From: an uncultured Chlamydiae bacterium
Lineage (GTDB): Bacteria > Chlamydiota > Chlamydiia > Chlamydiales > JAJFMA01
Length of the DNA stretch: 64,000 bases
Direction of reading: 5' to 3'
NCBI GenBank assembly: GCA_963713615.1
Contig: CAVQMM010000001.1
Coordinates: forward strand, 3,456,001-3,520,000
Part shown: in pieces, positions 12,103 through 21,208 of the stretch
Numbering within the stretch: the first letter of the stretch is position 1
How the letters are laid out: each line of letters opens with the position of its first letter
Notes under the pieces: model-generated
The model's database searches: none
Seen by the model: only the letters and a program-made list of their open reading frames with translations
Told to the model about the DNA's origin: nothing
Position numbers and translations under genes: made by a program

Positions 12103-12955
12103 TTTTGTGCATTCATCTCGTGAGAAAAAACAGAGCTATGAAGACATTATCGATACCTTGACGAGTTCAGCGCATGATGCTGCGAAATTATGTAGATCTG
12201 CTGCGAAATTGGCTCAAAAATACGCCGAACTGGGAGGAGAGGTCGATAAATATCGAGCCCAAATTGAAAATACGCCTTTTATTATTTCTGTTCCTTTTTG
12301 GGCAAGATATATACAGCATGATAAGGTATTCGGTGGTAGATATCTCGATATGACGGCGCAGTTACTAGAAGTGAACCCAGTTCTGAGGGATGAGAAGTTA
12401 ACCTTTAAAGTTTTTGCGGAAAACAAATACAAACAAGTTCTCGAAGAGATTCGTTGTTACGAGCAGTGGTCATTAGAGCTGCGAGAAGAATTTGTTTCGT
12501 TCTATATTGTTTTTGAGCATTGGTTGTCAGAATTAACTTTTGGCTACTTGCCTAAAGTAGAAGATTACGACAGAAGAGTGACTGAAAGAAAAAAATTGTC
12601 TTTTGATATGTATATTAAGATTCTCAGCAGGCTGGGTGATAGGGAGAAAATACTGGCTAAGTTGTTTTATCTCGGAGGCTATAGAACGCTTGATGAGGTA
12701 CTTTCTGTAAAAATCGAAGACATCGATTTTCAAGAACAATCCCTAGTATTATCAGATGAATCGATTCGATATCCTCAACATGTCTTTAGTGACTTAAAGG
12801 ATTTTATAAAAGATAGAGAAAAAGGGTATGTCTTTTTAGGTCGTCGTGGAGAACGTCTAGACCATACTGTTCCTTATAGGGCGTTGAAAACAGCCATTTC
12901 GAAATTGGACTTAGATTCATCATTCACTTTTAAGGACTTCGTAAATACCCTATAA
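12080..12955 (+). CDS. Degenerate tyrosine-recombinase-fold protein resembling chlamydial plasmid pGP7/pGP8
   Basis: REKILAKLFYLGGYRTLDEVLSVKIEDIDF and YPQHVFSDLKDFIKDREKGYVF follow the pGP7/8 pattern as recalled; ends before HxxR and the catalytic Tyr. Confidence 0.6.
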   Translation: MTTKKRSSFVHSSREKKQSYEDIIDTLTSSAHDAAKLCRSAAKLAQKYAELGGEVDKYRAQIENTPFIISVPFWARYIQHDKVFGGRYLDMTAQLLEVNPVLRDEKLTFKVFAENKYKQVLEEIRCYEQWSLELREEFVSFYIVFEHWLSELTFGYLPKVEDYDRRVTERKKLSFDMYIKILSRLGDREKILAKLFYLGGYRTLDEVLSVKIEDIDFQEQSLVLSDESIRYPQHVFSDLKDFIKDREKGYVFLGRRGERLDHTVPYRALKTAISKLDLDSSFTFKDFVNTL

Positions 12956-13050
12956 AGGTTCTTTTTTTTTGCGGAAAATATGCACTAAGTGTTGCGTTTT
13001 TCTGCACATTACGTTACATTCCCTATTGATCTCAATGGTTAGGAGAATGT

Positions 13051-13260
13051 ATGCAAGTTATCAAAAACCTTATCTCTCTCAGTGAATATTGCCACCAAAA
13101 TGAATGGCCAAGAAAGACAATTTGGAGACATTGGATTTATTCCAAAAAACCAATCGCTGTGAAATGTGTCAAAAAGATCGGTGGCAAGTATTTTATAGAC
13201 TTGAAAGCCTTTCAAGACCATATCGAAAGCGCTTCCCTCGAAGAACGGAGGAGCGAATGA
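13051..13260 (+). CDS. Small Xis/AlpA-like DNA-binding protein
   Basis: 69 aa, AGGAG RBS, VKKIGGKYFID wing motif; paralogous to 40152-40376. Confidence 0.7.
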   Translation: MQVIKNLISLSEYCHQNEWPRKTIWRHWIYSKKPIAVKCVKKIGGKYFIDLKAFQDHIESASLEERRSE

Positions 13261-13263
13261 GCA

Positions 13264-14754
13264 ATGGAAATAGTCGGAACGCCCCCGAACTCAAAAGAGT
13301 CGGAAATGATGGTTTTAGGGTGCATGTTAACAAGTACTCATGCCCTTAAGGTTTCTGTTGAGTTGCTAGACGATTCAGACTTTTTTCACACTCAACACAA
13401 ACCGATCTTTCAAATTCTTAAAGAACTCCATAAATCTGACAAGCCGGCCGACACTCACCTGGTAGCAGAAGAGCTTAAACGACAAAATAAGATTGAATCC
13501 GTGGGTGGCGTCGGTTACTTGACGACGCTGGCCCAGTATGCTGGGACGTCTGCACACATTGAAGCGTACATCGACGTAGTTCGTGATAAGGCAAGTTTGA
13601 GACAACTGCTCGACCTAACTCAATCTATCGAAAGAGACGCTCTCAGTAATGCATCTGATGTTTCCAAAACAATCGAAGATGCCCAATGTCGTCTCAATCG
13701 CTTTAGACAATCAGTTGAACTCGAAAGCAATAACGGACCTTTTTTTGAAAATCTCGGCAAAATTATTGGTGATACAGACTTTGCCCATAGTCTTGACAAC
13801 AGAAATTACGATAGGTTTGAGCGTGAACACAAGCGTCTTTTTTCTTTAGGGGGTTTAATCACTGGATACCAGGAAATAGATGATCAAATGTATTTCTCGA
13901 AAGGGGATTTTGTCGTAGTTAAAGCTCTGAGCAACCACGGTAAATCAACTTTTATGCTGCAACTTGCTTATGAATTCTTAAGCAACGAATCCAATCTAGA
14001 ACAAGATCCTGTCTGCATTTTTGTCACTTACGAATCAATACCGATACGGATCGAAGAAAAAATGATTAACATCATTGGCAAGGATCAATTAGAAGGGCCG
14101 CCTATTTTATACAACAAATCAATGAAAGAGAAATATCTCTACGCAGACAAAAAAAGTTACAGAAAAACGATAATGACATACGACAAACTGTTGTCGGAAA
14201 ATCGGATACACTTACTCAAGGGAATTCCATTGGAGAAGTTAGACCTTTTGGTAAGGCTGTATAAGAAAGAGTATCCTGGACGCACCATCTGCCTTTTTTT
14301 GGATTATATACAGATTATGGAATCCGTGACGGACCTTAATGGTTGGGAAAGGATGAAACACATAGCCTATCTTCTCGAATCGTTAGCCATTAACAGAGAG
14401 GTCATTGTTTTCGCCGCCTGTCAAGTGAATGAGAATAGGCAAACCAGAGAAGGAAGGGATATTTATAATGCGGCTACCACAGTCGTTGACATATTCAATC
14501 ATTCACATGCCTCACTGAAAAATAACCAAGAGCTTGCAAAGCAATACAAACCACCAATATCCAACAAGAACGTTTGTTCATTTTCTGCGGAAAAGCAAAA
14601 ACATGGATCGTCATTCACTCTAGATGGGTATTTCCTGTTTGACGGGTTTTGCTTCAGAAAAAATGAGTCAAAAAGTCAGCACAAGATAGACAGCTTGAAA
14701 GATAGAGAATATGACGACAGCGGAAACCAAATAATATGTAAATTAAATTCATAA
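13264..14754 (+). CDS. DnaB-family replicative helicase (divergent C-terminal domain)
   Basis: DnaB N-domain PPNSKESEMMVLGCML; Walker A ALSNHGKST; Walker B LFLDYIQ; motif-3 AACQVN. Confidence 0.88.
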   Translation: MEIVGTPPNSKESEMMVLGCMLTSTHALKVSVELLDDSDFFHTQHKPIFQILKELHKSDKPADTHLVAEELKRQNKIESVGGVGYLTTLAQYAGTSAHIEAYIDVVRDKASLRQLLDLTQSIERDALSNASDVSKTIEDAQCRLNRFRQSVELESNNGPFFENLGKIIGDTDFAHSLDNRNYDRFEREHKRLFSLGGLITGYQEIDDQMYFSKGDFVVVKALSNHGKSTFMLQLAYEFLSNESNLEQDPVCIFVTYESIPIRIEEKMINIIGKDQLEGPPILYNKSMKEKYLYADKKSYRKTIMTYDKLLSENRIHLLKGIPLEKLDLLVRLYKKEYPGRTICLFLDYIQIMESVTDLNGWERMKHIAYLLESLAINREVIVFAACQVNENRQTREGRDIYNAATTVVDIFNHSHASLKNNQELAKQYKPPISNKNVCSFSAEKQKHGSSFTLDGYFLFDGFCFRKNESKSQHKIDSLKDREYDDSGNQIICKLNS

Positions 14755-14762
14755 AGGGCGGA

Positions 14763-16421
14763 ATGTCGATTTTAGAATGTGACCAAATAAAAAGACAAAT
14801 TTGTGTAATGGGCAACAAGGAAAACACAGGGAAGAAATATGTTTATCTTGCAAATGGTGTACCTATTGGGGAAAGGCTCGTAAAGATCAAAAATGAAATA
14901 GAAGTACCATGCCAAGAAGCAGTCCCAACAACGCACGTGCTGGCGATTCCCCCTAACATTGACAGTGAAGAATTCGTAAAAGTCCAAAACGTCGAAACTG
15001 GCGAGACAAATTTAGTTAAAGTTAACCAAGAACAGACAAAGATTGAATGTTTGAAAATTTTTAATGAAACTAGAAATATGGGAACAATTGCTTGGCTTGA
15101 AAATGGCATCCAAGTTTCTTGCTTATATTATAGAGTCGAAAACGGTCAAGAAGTAATCTGTGAGCCTTCCAATAATGAAAGCTTCCTTTTTGTTCCCCTT
15201 CCAAATGGCGCCCCGGATTTTTCGTCACATATGGGGGATCTTCCCATGTATGACCAGGCCACAGGGCAACTTATAGGGCGCATCAAACGGTCAAATATTA
15301 TCAAAATAAACAAAGAAACCGAGATAAAAATAAAAGACCAAGACAATGAAAGATCAAAGGAAATTTCCACAAAAATAAATGAACTTTCTAATGAAGAAAA
15401 AGAACAAATTATTGAAAGTATTCACAAAACATGTGAACCGGTAACAACCTTAGAAGGGCGACAACTTTTCACCGCAACCGTTGAGCAAGTGGCCGAAACA
15501 ATAGGGAATTTGATTAATGAAATTGAGGAAATTTCATCTGATTTTTATAAAACGGTCGACCCCAAAGAAGAATTTGGAATCAGTCGGGTTGTTGCGGACA
15601 AAATATACAATCTTCCCAGGATATTGGAGAACGCTATTCTGGTAAGACAGGGGGTAACGACAACTTACATTATTCAAGCTGAGTATAAAGACTCTCGTCA
15701 TAATTCCATACGTTTGGAGCATCGTTTGCAGGCCACTTCTCCAGAAGAAGCCGCAAGAATGGGGAAGATCGTTCTAAAGAGGCTTAAGGGCATTCAACTC
15801 AAAATATGGGCGGCATGCTGGAAGATGGCTAATGCTAAGGAAAGGCTTACCTTCACTTGTCGTTTAACCGATCTCATGAAATGCACCAACCCTCGACGCA
15901 GTGCTAATTTAAACTCGGCAGAGAAGCTTGAATTTTACGAGCACTTGAGAAGTCTGGAAAACACCAAGTTTGTGTATACAAAATACTATAAAATAAGAGG
16001 TAAAGATAAAGTCGAATCATATGAAATTCGACTTCTTGAGATTCATCGACGAAGCGGCGATAAAGACGAAGAAACGCCACAAGAACTAACCATGACGGTC
16101 TTGAATGCGCCGGCTCTTCAGAAGCAAAAAACAACATTTGTGGGTGTTGGAGTCAAAAACAAGACATTAGAACTACATGCTGACAATGTCATGCTTGCCA
16201 GTATCATTCAAACCCGTAAGAACCAAATGATGGATGCGTCTCACGTTAAATTTAAGCGGGATGATTTAGTTGAAATAGCGGGTTTGTCTAGGACAAATGA
16301 AAAAAATAAGGCCGAGGCGAATAAACTGTTGTTGGAAAAACTAGAACGCCTTCGAGAGAAGGGTATAATTTTGAACCGTCTAAAACGCGTAAACGACCAT
16401 ATCTCTTTAAAAGTTAGGTGA
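14763..16421 (+). CDS. Putative replication initiator (Rep-like)
   Basis: Follows the helicase; basic winged-helix-like C-terminus (RDDLVEIAGL...LERLREKGII); iterons start just after the stop codon. Confidence 0.5.
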   Translation: MSILECDQIKRQICVMGNKENTGKKYVYLANGVPIGERLVKIKNEIEVPCQEAVPTTHVLAIPPNIDSEEFVKVQNVETGETNLVKVNQEQTKIECLKIFNETRNMGTIAWLENGIQVSCLYYRVENGQEVICEPSNNESFLFVPLPNGAPDFSSHMGDLPMYDQATGQLIGRIKRSNIIKINKETEIKIKDQDNERSKEISTKINELSNEEKEQIIESIHKTCEPVTTLEGRQLFTATVEQVAETIGNLINEIEEISSDFYKTVDPKEEFGISRVVADKIYNLPRILENAILVRQGVTTTYIIQAEYKDSRHNSIRLEHRLQATSPEEAARMGKIVLKRLKGIQLKIWAACWKMANAKERLTFTCRLTDLMKCTNPRRSANLNSAEKLEFYEHLRSLENTKFVYTKYYKIRGKDKVESYEIRLLEIHRRSGDKDEETPQELTMTVLNAPALQKQKTTFVGVGVKNKTLELHADNVMLASIIQTRKNQMMDASHVKFKRDDLVEIAGLSRTNEKNKAEANKLLLEKLERLREKGIILNRLKRVNDHISLKVR

Positions 16422-16433
16422 TTGAGTATGGCC

Positions 16434-16493
16434 TAGGGGTTTAACTTAGCCGATCTAGGGGTTTAACTTAGTCGAGTTAGGGGTTTAACTTAG
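16434..16493 (+). repeat. Three iterons (16-bp core TAGGGGTTTAACTTAG, 22-bp period); putative origin
   Basis: Identical cores at 16434, 16456 and 16478; GC-rich hairpin at 16551-16576. Confidence 0.88.
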
Positions 16494-16955
16494 CTTTTTA
16501 CGAGAGGAAAATGGGTCATTAAGACCTTAAGTCATTAAATGGCGGCTTGCGCCACCCCGCCTTGACGGCGGGTGGCTAGCCTTCGGAACGAGAAGACCTT
16601 ATCCCCTCAACAAGCTCATCATCTGTCAGCCTTTACCCTCCAAGGCCGACGCATTTTAAGGCACCTAGAATCGCTTATCGTTCGAAATCCGTGATTGTAG
16701 CCATTTTAAGCATCCGGCGCATTCTATGGTCGTTTCTGTGCGTTTTAAGCTACGCCAAGGATTCTCTCCCGTATTCCATCACTCCGAAAAACCTTTCAGC
16801 TTACAAGCCCGCTGCTGTTTCTTCTTTTGTGAAGGTGATGGAGTCTCAGGCACCCAGATGATAAGACACGGACATCTGAAATGAGGCGTCAAAAAAAACG
16901 AAACAGAGAACCTGATTTCTTTAAATCTTTAAATCTGGTAGCATAAAGGAAACAG

Positions 16956-17222
16956 ATGGAGGGTAAAGCTATGTCTGCCAAAAGCAATATATCCCGCATG
17001 ACGATAGATCTTCCCAGTGAGGACCATAAAAGACTAAAAGCTCTTGCTGCCGTACTTGGTAAAAGCATGAGAGAAATTGTCTCTGACTGGATTCACGGGA
17101 ATCTATACAGCGGGAATGTTCCTAATGCTGGAACACTGAAAGCTATAGAGAACATAGAGAAGGGAAAAGACCTGATTGTGTCTACGGACGCCGAGGAATT
17201 ATTCCGAAGGCTAGGAATATAG
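16956..17222 (+). CDS. RelB/DinJ-like antitoxin (start probably 16971)
   Basis: RHH-like RMTIDLP, PNAGTLKAI...ELFRRLGI; coupled to a YafQ-like toxin. Confidence 0.85.
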   Translation: MEGKAMSAKSNISRMTIDLPSEDHKRLKALAAVLGKSMREIVSDWIHGNLYSGNVPNAGTLKAIENIEKGKDLIVSTDAEELFRRLGI

Positions 17223-17491
17223 TGGTGCTAATCCCAGTCCACCTGCGCTCTTTTGAGCGAGAGTTAGAAAAGCTCAAGAAACGAGGCTATGACATGTCAA
17301 AAATTAAGACTGTCATGCGTGACCTTATCAGCGAAAAGCCTCTAGATAGGAAGCACCGCAATCACCGATTGAAGGGTAACTTCGTCGGATATTGGGAATG
17401 TCATGTTACGCCTGATTGGTTGCTTATCTACAAAAAGGATGATGAGCACATCTATTTCGCTCGAACTGGAACGCATTCCGACCTATTTTAG
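17222..17491 (+). CDS. YafQ-family mRNA interferase toxin
   Basis: NHRLKG, WECHVTPDWLLIY, RTGTHSDLF signature. Confidence 0.92.
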   Translation: MVLIPVHLRSFERELEKLKKRGYDMSKIKTVMRDLISEKPLDRKHRNHRLKGNFVGYWECHVTPDWLLIYKKDDEHIYFARTGTHSDLF

Positions 17492-17594
17492 GCATAACAT
17501 TTCCTTCAGGAATAACAATTTCTTGGATCGCCGCCCCCTGTTGGTCTTAGTCGTGCGCATAGTCGACAGAAAGGAAGTCTACAAGAAGAAGCAC

Positions 17595-18164
17595 TCAAAA
17601 TAGCTGAAGCGGAACGAACAAAGGGAGACCTCCCTGATCGGCTGGATCTTCGTCCTCCTCCTCTTCCTCCTCAGGGTATTCTTCTTTTGTGGCTAGGAAT
17701 TCCCCATACTGCTCTTGTGTGATCATGCCTTGTTGCAGGCTACAGAGCATGAGAGCATCGAAATCATTCATCTTACCGATACCGATTCGGCCATACTTTT
17801 TGAGTGACTCTGTATCGCCAAGGGCTGTTAGATGAAGTTCGAGCTTTAGTTGCAGACTCTCTAAGCTCTGCATTACATCCTCCGGATCCTCACCTTCGAA
17901 CGCTTCCAATTCTTTGATGTATTCGGCTATTTGGCTTCTTGGAAGGCTTTTGGTGTACAACGCATCTAGCACATTTTCCCAGGCTCTAGACTCAGCAACA
18001 CCCCATACCTTCATAAATTTCTTATTGATGTTGGCGATCTTCTCGAATTCGTCTAAGGAAATCCCTTTCTCTTTGAGAAAGTCATTCACCGAAAAGGCAT
18101 CTTTCCGCTGGCTCCACTGCTCTAATTCTAAGAATAATTCTTCATGTTCTGTCGTTGCTTTCAT
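17595..18164 (-). CDS. Hypothetical protein with TerS-like N-terminal half and acidic tail
   Basis: N-terminus aligns by eye with 19696-20136 (LEQW...FLKEKGIS...FEKIANINKKF vs LLKW...FALQKGIN...LSKFASENEKF). Confidence 0.6.
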   Translation of the reverse strand: MKATTEHEELFLELEQWSQRKDAFSVNDFLKEKGISLDEFEKIANINKKFMKVWGVAESRAWENVLDALYTKSLPRSQIAEYIKELEAFEGEDPEDVMQSLESLQLKLELHLTALGDTESLKKYGRIGIGKMNDFDALMLCSLQQGMITQEQYGEFLATKEEYPEEEEEEDEDPADQGGLPLFVPLQLF

Positions 18165-18173
18165 AGGACTCCT

Positions 18174-19715
18174 TTAATAGTGACTTACACCTGAAAAGTC
18201 ACCGTAAAGCGGATGCGGCGGCTCATGGAAAGCTGCCATCTGCTTTCGGTACAATTCTTCATCTTCTGCTTGCGTGGTGGCTCTTCTTAGGCTCATCGCC
18301 AGGTACCTAAAAGCATCACTGCCGTTTGAGAAATGATCATGTCTAGGATGGTCACGCCATACACCTAGCGTCTCATTCCATTCTTTTCGATAGTTTTCCA
18401 GGGCTCGGATTCCTTTCTCGCATTTCACCTCATCAAACCAACAACGGTTTAGCAAGTTCCTCACGGCGTCTATACCTTCCTGCAACCCAAGCCTCGGCAA
18501 CACTGCGAATTCAAGCCCAAGATTCCTGGCAATCTGCACACGTGTCAAGCCCGACCCTAGTTCGTGACTGCTGGCATCGTGCGGAGCAAAAACCCTCTCC
18601 GTGACGTATGGTTTCCCTTTGATAACCTTGATATAATGGGCCAGCGGTTCCCCCGAATTTTCGTAATAGTCTATCAACCGCAACTCTGCGCCTAGCTTCT
18701 GATACCACCATATCGCCATAGCATCGTTAAAGCCCAAGTCCATAGCAACAAATACGGGTAAATTCTCATCATGCGGAACATTTCCGATCCGTCTTTCTAC
18801 ACGTGCCTTGGTCATGTATTTACTGTAATAATTCCCTTCAAGGTTGGCTTGGAATGCTTCTTCCGGCGTGCTAGGATACTCCCTTAGCATATCGTCGCCC
18901 TGGGTCTTATACTTGGTGGCATACCAGCCCATCTGTGCCGGTGAAATTTTGATGCCATAGCTTTCTTGAAGCTCTTTGAAGTACTTCACTAAGTCATCTG
19001 GAATGTGCACAGATGCATTGAGGCAATACTCTGGGTGTTTGTGGCAAGGCATAAAATGAAACTTGTAATCTAGCGGTGTAAGTGTTTTGCCGGTATCCCG
19101 CAACTTCTGCGCTTCCACACACAAATTATAAAATGCCCCTTCCCGGCCTCTTGCTGTGCTTTCGATAAAGCAATAAGAACCAGTGGATATTGTATTTAGC
19201 GAGCCAGTGAGGATCTCGTTAGCCCTTTTAATGTCCTCAGCGGCAATTTTGCCGAATTCCGAGATCAAAAGATACTGGAAGGTTGCCGACCGTAAGCTTG
19301 TTCCGACCCTGATTAGGCTGTTGTTGGAAAAGGTTAGTTCCTTAGCGGAGTCAATCTTAGCCTCTACACATGCTTTTAAAGACTCCGGCAAGCAGTCGTA
19401 GGCAAATTTAATCTTACGAAATATGTATTTGGCGTTCTCTTCCGTGTCGGCGACAATACCGCACGAAACGTTAGAGTTGAACAGGGCTATGTCGAGAAAC
19501 AAAAGCGTCACAAAGGTTGTGATACCTAGCTGTCGCGCCTTCAATATGATGTTACAATAGTGCAAGTCGTTGTGTAGCTGCTGCTGAGCCCAGTTTCGCT
19601 TGAATATCTGCTTTATCCCTTGCTTGTCCGTGATGTAGTAGAGATTGTCTATTCTCCAATCCCTATCACCTAGCCGTGACTGGGCTATTTCCAGGTCATT
19701 TTTCATTGCCACCAT
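18174..19715 (-). CDS. Phage terminase large subunit
   Basis: Walker A ILKARQLGITT, Walker B LLISEFG, coupling ESTARG, nuclease AMDLGFND and HFSNGSDAFRY. Confidence 0.92.
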   Translation of the reverse strand: MVAMKNDLEIAQSRLGDRDWRIDNLYYITDKQGIKQIFKRNWAQQQLHNDLHYCNIILKARQLGITTFVTLLFLDIALFNSNVSCGIVADTEENAKYIFRKIKFAYDCLPESLKACVEAKIDSAKELTFSNNSLIRVGTSLRSATFQYLLISEFGKIAAEDIKRANEILTGSLNTISTGSYCFIESTARGREGAFYNLCVEAQKLRDTGKTLTPLDYKFHFMPCHKHPEYCLNASVHIPDDLVKYFKELQESYGIKISPAQMGWYATKYKTQGDDMLREYPSTPEEAFQANLEGNYYSKYMTKARVERRIGNVPHDENLPVFVAMDLGFNDAMAIWWYQKLGAELRLIDYYENSGEPLAHYIKVIKGKPYVTERVFAPHDASSHELGSGLTRVQIARNLGLEFAVLPRLGLQEGIDAVRNLLNRCWFDEVKCEKGIRALENYRKEWNETLGVWRDHPRHDHFSNGSDAFRYLAMSLRRATTQAEDEELYRKQMAAFHEPPHPLYGDFSGVSHY

Positions 19716-20136
19716 TAATCAGATCCCTTGATTTTCCGTCGACCTGCTGCATTAAGAATGCTAGGGGGTTAGCTGCATCACCTGTGAGGTGTGTCTCTTT
19801 CTTTTCGAAAATCCCGTAATGGTGACCTAAAAGTAGATGGGCCATATTGTAGTTGAATTTCTTCATAAGCCCTCCCTCGATTAACAAGATGCGTTGATGG
19901 GCTTTTGCCTGTCCGTACGCTCCAGCAAACTTTTCGTTCTCAGATGCGAATTTACTAAGCAGATCTGGATTGATTCCTTTTTGCAGTGCAAATCTCTCGA
20001 ACCAGCAAAATTTTCCTTGTTCTAGCCATTTCAGCAGTTCATCGGCTAAATTCTCTATAAATTCCTGGTCGTAAGTTTTCGGCCTTCCTCCTTTCTCACA
20101 GCCTGGATATGGCTCATGTCCTTTAGGCGCTGGCAT
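19696..20136 (-). CDS. Terminase small subunit-like protein (start ATG 20136, MPAPKG)
   Basis: MPAPKG...GGRPKTY N-terminus and HLTGDAANPL C-terminus typical of TerS; overlaps the terL start. Confidence 0.75.
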   Translation of the reverse strand: MPAPKGHEPYPGCEKGGRPKTYDQEFIENLADELLKWLEQGKFCWFERFALQKGINPDLLSKFASENEKFAGAYGQAKAHQRILLIEGGLMKKFNYNMAHLLLGHHYGIFEKKETHLTGDAANPLAFLMQQVDGKSRDLINGGNEK

Positions 20137-20491
20137 ATTCAACTTCCTTCGAGTAGACTCGGTCAAGGTAGTCGCAAAATGTTTTGACCATATCTGCGTG
20201 GATCCAAAATTCTGGATCATCCAGGGAAGCAGCCCCACTGCCTGGGAGGCTGTGAGATCTGTTAACAACGGTCATGGGGTCTAGCAACACTCGCCTGGTT
20301 TCTTTTGAGTGGTCGGCTTCTAACGCCCTTTGCGGCTTATCCAATGCTAGATAAACCCTATGGGCTATGCGTCCATACTTGAACCCGAGAGCACTAAAAG
20401 ACTGATGATCACCAGCCTTATCTGCCACGGCAATTGCTGGCCTGGCTTCCTGTAGTAGTAGATCAATGTCTTCTTGAATCTGAGTTTCCAT
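20123..20491 (-). CDS. Hypothetical protein
   Basis: ORF overlapping the terS start, same strand. Confidence 0.5.
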   Translation of the reverse strand: METQIQEDIDLLLQEARPAIAVADKAGDHQSFSALGFKYGRIAHRVYLALDKPQRALEADHSKETRRVLLDPMTVVNRSHSLPGSGAASLDDPEFWIHADMVKTFCDYLDRVYSKEVEYASA

Positions 20492-20634
20492 AAAAAAACC
20501 TCTATACATTAAATGTTTACTATAACATTTTTTTTATTCAATTCCATTTCTGAGTGCATATGTCTTCTTTTTAATGGGTGCGCCATTCCGTTAACGAAAA
20601 ATGGTCCACACCCAATGCCTAACGGCCCCGCCAA

Positions 20635-21126
20635 CTAAACTGGTTCAGGTTTAAGTTCTTTCAACAACGATTCCAGGTGACGGATTGTTTCCATTTTGTC
20701 AGTTGGTTTTTGCATCAATTTTCTGGCTGATTTTATTTTTTCTAAGTCCTGTTTAGTTAACTCGTTCTGCCGTTGTTTTTCCCGTTCATCCAAAAATTTT
20801 ATGGCATGGTCATAAGCGGCATTCACTTGCCATTTTGGTGGGATATCTTCCAATCGCACATGTGGTTTATCTCGATGTATTTTAAACAAGTCGTCAGCAA
20901 CATTATCAATATAAACTTGGCGTTCTTTCAAAACTTCAGCCTTCCCTTCATCTGAGTCTATATATTCGCGGATGTCTTGTTCCGGAATGCCTGTGTTCAT
21001 TGCTACGTTCTTGACTGCTTCATCGCTAACCGGGTTTTCAAAATGCCAAAGAGTATTAAAAAATTTGTCACCGAGAGGTGTTGGCCCCATATAATTATCC
21101 ATGAGTTCATTTGTTGTAATTGTCAT
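20635..21126 (-). CDS. Hypothetical protein
   Basis: 163-aa ORF with AAGGAG RBS. Confidence 0.6.
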   Translation of the reverse strand: MTITTNELMDNYMGPTPLGDKFFNTLWHFENPVSDEAVKNVAMNTGIPEQDIREYIDSDEGKAEVLKERQVYIDNVADDLFKIHRDKPHVRLEDIPPKWQVNAAYDHAIKFLDEREKQRQNELTKQDLEKIKSARKLMQKPTDKMETIRHLESLLKELKPEPV

Positions 21127-21208
21127 GACGTGCTCCTTATTAATTTAATGTTTCATTTTTCGTGATTTACCAGATTTAGGCATGGATTTTTCTCCATAAT
21201 GCCACTCA

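Noticed and set aside
16434..16493. Possible CRISPR array
   Set aside because: Only 6-bp spacers between 16-bp cores and no cas genes; fits iterons
19696..20268. 190-aa version of the TerS ORF
   Set aside because: The extension overlaps ORF 20123; an RBS (GAAGGA) and TerS-like sequence start at ATG 20136
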